Assembly: GCA_024709105.1 (NCBI GenBank)
Contig: JANJXJ010000082.1
Coordinates: forward strand, 1 to 16,455
DNA from: Lentimicrobium sp.
GTDB taxonomy: Bacteria; Bacteroidota; Bacteroidia; Bacteroidales; Lentimicrobiaceae
DNA: 16,455 nucleotides
Reading direction: 5' to 3'
In this document: positions 14,607-16,455 of the stretch, piece after piece
Layout of the letters: every line of letters begins with the position of its first letter
Numbering within the stretch: position 1 is the stretch's first letter
Notes under the pieces: generated by a model
Told to the model about the DNA's origin: nothing
Database searches by the model: none
What the model saw: only the letters and a program-made list of their open reading frames with translations
Program-made: the position numbers and the translations under genes

Positions 14607-16455
14607 ATGAGAACTATTATATTTTTCTTTCTTCTTTTTATAAGTTCGGCTCTAAGCGGGCAAACCATCATTTCCGGGGTGGTGAAAGCCCGCAACGATG
14701 GCCCGCTGCCAGGCGCAAATATTTATCTGAAAGGCACTTACGATGGCACTTCGAGCGATGCCAGCGGCAAATTCAGTTTCAAGACCTCAAAAACCGGAAA
14801 TCAGATTCTAATGGTTGAATTTCTCGGATATGAGCCATTCAGCACAGAAATTAATGCCACCGGACAGGAAATTAAACTAACGATTGAACTTACCGAGACC
14901 TTCAGCAAGCTGGATGCTGTAACCATAACCGCAGGTACTTTTGAAGCAGGAGATAAAAAACAGGCCAATACCATCAGCCCGCTCGATATGATTACCACTG
15001 CCGGTGCTGCCGGAGATGTTTATGGTGCATTGCAAACCCTTCCGGGAACCACTGTAAACGGAGAATCGGGCCGCCTGTTTGTAAAAGGTGGCGACAGCGA
15101 AGAATCACAAACCTATATTGACGGAGCCCTGGTTCATACTCCATATATTTCAACAGCCCCCAACACGGCTACCAGAGGAAGGTTTAATCCTTTTATGTTT
15201 AAAGGTACTTTATTCAGTACCGGCGGCTATTCCGCCGAATATGGCCAGGCCCTTTCCAGCGTATTGCTGCTCAACACCAACGATATGCCTGCCGAAGATC
15301 AGCTCGACATATCCTTGTTGACGGTGGGTCCTGAAATTGCCGCAACCAGGCGGTGGGAGTCAGGTGCGGTTACAGCTACTTTGTCTTACACCAACCTGAA
15401 ACCGTATATGCAGATTGCCCCTCAGAACTTTGACTGGGAAAAAGCACCTGAATCGGTTTCGGGCGCGCTCAGCTTACGGCAGAAAACCGGCAAAACCGGA
15501 ATGCTTAAAACCTACACCAGTTATGATGCCGGTGGATTTATTCTGGGGCAGGAAGATCTTAATCTTAATAAAAGAATTGACTACAACCTTAAAAACAAAA
15601 ACTTCTTCATCAATACCTCATACCGGAACTCAATCACAGAAAAATGGAGCACAGCCACATCAGCTTCTTTTACATTTGACCGTGAAGATGTAAAATTTGA
15701 TGAAAATAAGTTTGACAAGGATCTCAGCGGGGTTCATCTTAAACAAACCTTCAGCAACGAACTCAGCCGGAAAATTACACTGCGTTTCGGAACCGAGTGG
15801 CTGAGCAGAAGTGTTGAGCAGACTTTTGCAAATCAGGCAGATACTTTTAATAACGAGTACAATAATAATTTACTGTCAGCTTTTGCTGAAGCTGAGATGT
15901 ATGCTTCGAAAAAGTTTGTGCTGCGCACCGGAGTGAGGGCTGAATACGGCAGCTATCTTAGAAGAGCCAATCTGGCTCCGAGAATAACTGCAGCGCTCAA
16001 GGTAAATGCGCACAGCCAGTTCTCAATGGCATGGGGACGCTTTATGCAAAATCCGCTGGATGATTACCTTTTATACACAAACAAACTCGATTATGAACAG
16101 GCAGATCACTACATACTTAGTTACCAGACTTCCCGCAATGGCCGCACCCTCAGGGCAGAAGCCTATTACAAAGACTACAACAATCTGGCGAAGCTGACGA
16201 GCGATGAGTTTTATAATCCATTGGCTTACAACAACAACGGCTCAGGTTATGCACAGGGTATTGACATCTTCTGGCGCGACAAAAAAAGCATCAAAAACGG
16301 CGATTACTGGATATCGTATTCGTACCTTGACACCAAACGCGACTTCAGGAATTATCCTTATAAAGCCACTCCCACCTTTGCATCAGCACACAACCTTTCA
16401 GTGGTTTACAAACACTGGTTTGCCCCTTTGCGCTCACAAATGAGCGTGAATTACA
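14607..16455 (+). CDS. TonB-dependent outer-membrane receptor with N-terminal carboxypeptidase-regulatory-like domain, 3'-truncated by window end
   Basis: ATG at 14607, open to the window end (616 codons, no stop), so it is absent from the ORF track. The signal peptide is MRTIIFFLLFISSALSGQ. A CarbD-like beta-sandwich follows (ISGVVKARNDGPLPGANIYLKGTYDGTSSDASGKFSF). The plug domain reads DAVTITAGTFEAGDKKQANTISPLDM...VYGALQTLPGTT. After it come Tyr/Asn/Thr-rich beta-barrel strands. Confidence 0.8.
   Translation, partial: MRTIIFFFLLFISSALSGQTIISGVVKARNDGPLPGANIYLKGTYDGTSSDASGKFSFKTSKTGNQILMVEFLGYEPFSTEINATGQEIKLTIELTETFSKLDAVTITAGTFEAGDKKQANTISPLDMITTAGAAGDVYGALQTLPGTTVNGESGRLFVKGGDSEESQTYIDGALVHTPYISTAPNTATRGRFNPFMFKGTLFSTGGYSAEYGQALSSVLLLNTNDMPAEDQLDISLLTVGPEIAATRRWESGAVTATLSYTNLKPYMQIAPQNFDWEKAPESVSGALSLRQKTGKTGMLKTYTSYDAGGFILGQEDLNLNKRIDYNLKNKNFFINTSYRNSITEKWSTATSASFTFDREDVKFDENKFDKDLSGVHLKQTFSNELSRKITLRFGTEWLSRSVEQTFANQADTFNNEYNNNLLSAFAEAEMYASKKFVLRTGVRAEYGSYLRRANLAPRITAALKVNAHSQFSMAWGRFMQNPLDDYLLYTNKLDYEQADHYILSYQTSRNGRTLRAEAYYKDYNNLAKLTSDEFYNPLAYNNNGSGYAQGIDIFWRDKKSIKNGDYWISYSYLDTKRDFRNYPYKATPTFASAHNLSVVYKHWFAPLRSQMSVNY

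Noticed and set aside
1-16455. CRISPR arrays, IS elements, toxin-antitoxin or known defence-system genes
   Set aside because: None seen. There is no regular short repeat-spacer structure, no transposase-like ORF and no terminal inverted repeats. The only sizable DNA repeats are the short motifs upstream of the TonB receptor gene.

Overview
This 16.5-kb window looks like an ordinary chromosomal segment from a Bacteroidota-type genome, and I recognise no canonical defence or mobile-element system in it. The phylum call rests on three things: a type IX secretion (T9SS) C-terminal sorting domain on a secreted nuclease, near-consensus TAnnTTTG promoter boxes, and no Shine-Dalgarno spacing. The window is densely coding, with about 14 genes and one tRNA.

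In order along the window:
- 5'-partial P-loop nucleotide kinase-like gene (-)
- GNAT acetyltransferase (+)
- PHP-family histidinol-phosphatase-like phosphoesterase (-)
- U32-family peptidase-like enzyme with a complete CX6CX15CX3C 4Fe-4S motif (-)
- large cytoplasmic hybrid sensor kinase, PAS-GAF-HisKA-HATPase-REC (+)
- tight three-gene minus-strand operon: TTG-start polytopic membrane protein, then a T9SS-secreted Endonuclease-I (EndA/Vvn-like) DNase, then QueD (6-carboxy-tetrahydropterin synthase)
- tRNA-Leu(CAA) (+) with its own promoter box and a strong intrinsic terminator
- two-gene minus-strand operon for a split HdrE/HdrD-like membrane Fe-S oxidoreductase: b-type membrane anchor fused to a 2x[4Fe-4S] domain, plus a separate CCG-domain subunit
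- tryptophanase (+), behind a 516-bp leader carrying two overlapping mini-ORFs
- NfeD-flotillin (YqiJ/YqiK-like) operon (-)
- 5' 616 codons of a TonB-dependent outer-membrane receptor (+), whose promoter region holds a thrice-repeated heptamer and a 10-bp direct repeat

Worth follow-up:
- the membrane-protein / secreted-nuclease / QueD operon
- the split Hdr-like redox module
- the tnaA leader
- the repeat-rich promoter of the TonB receptor
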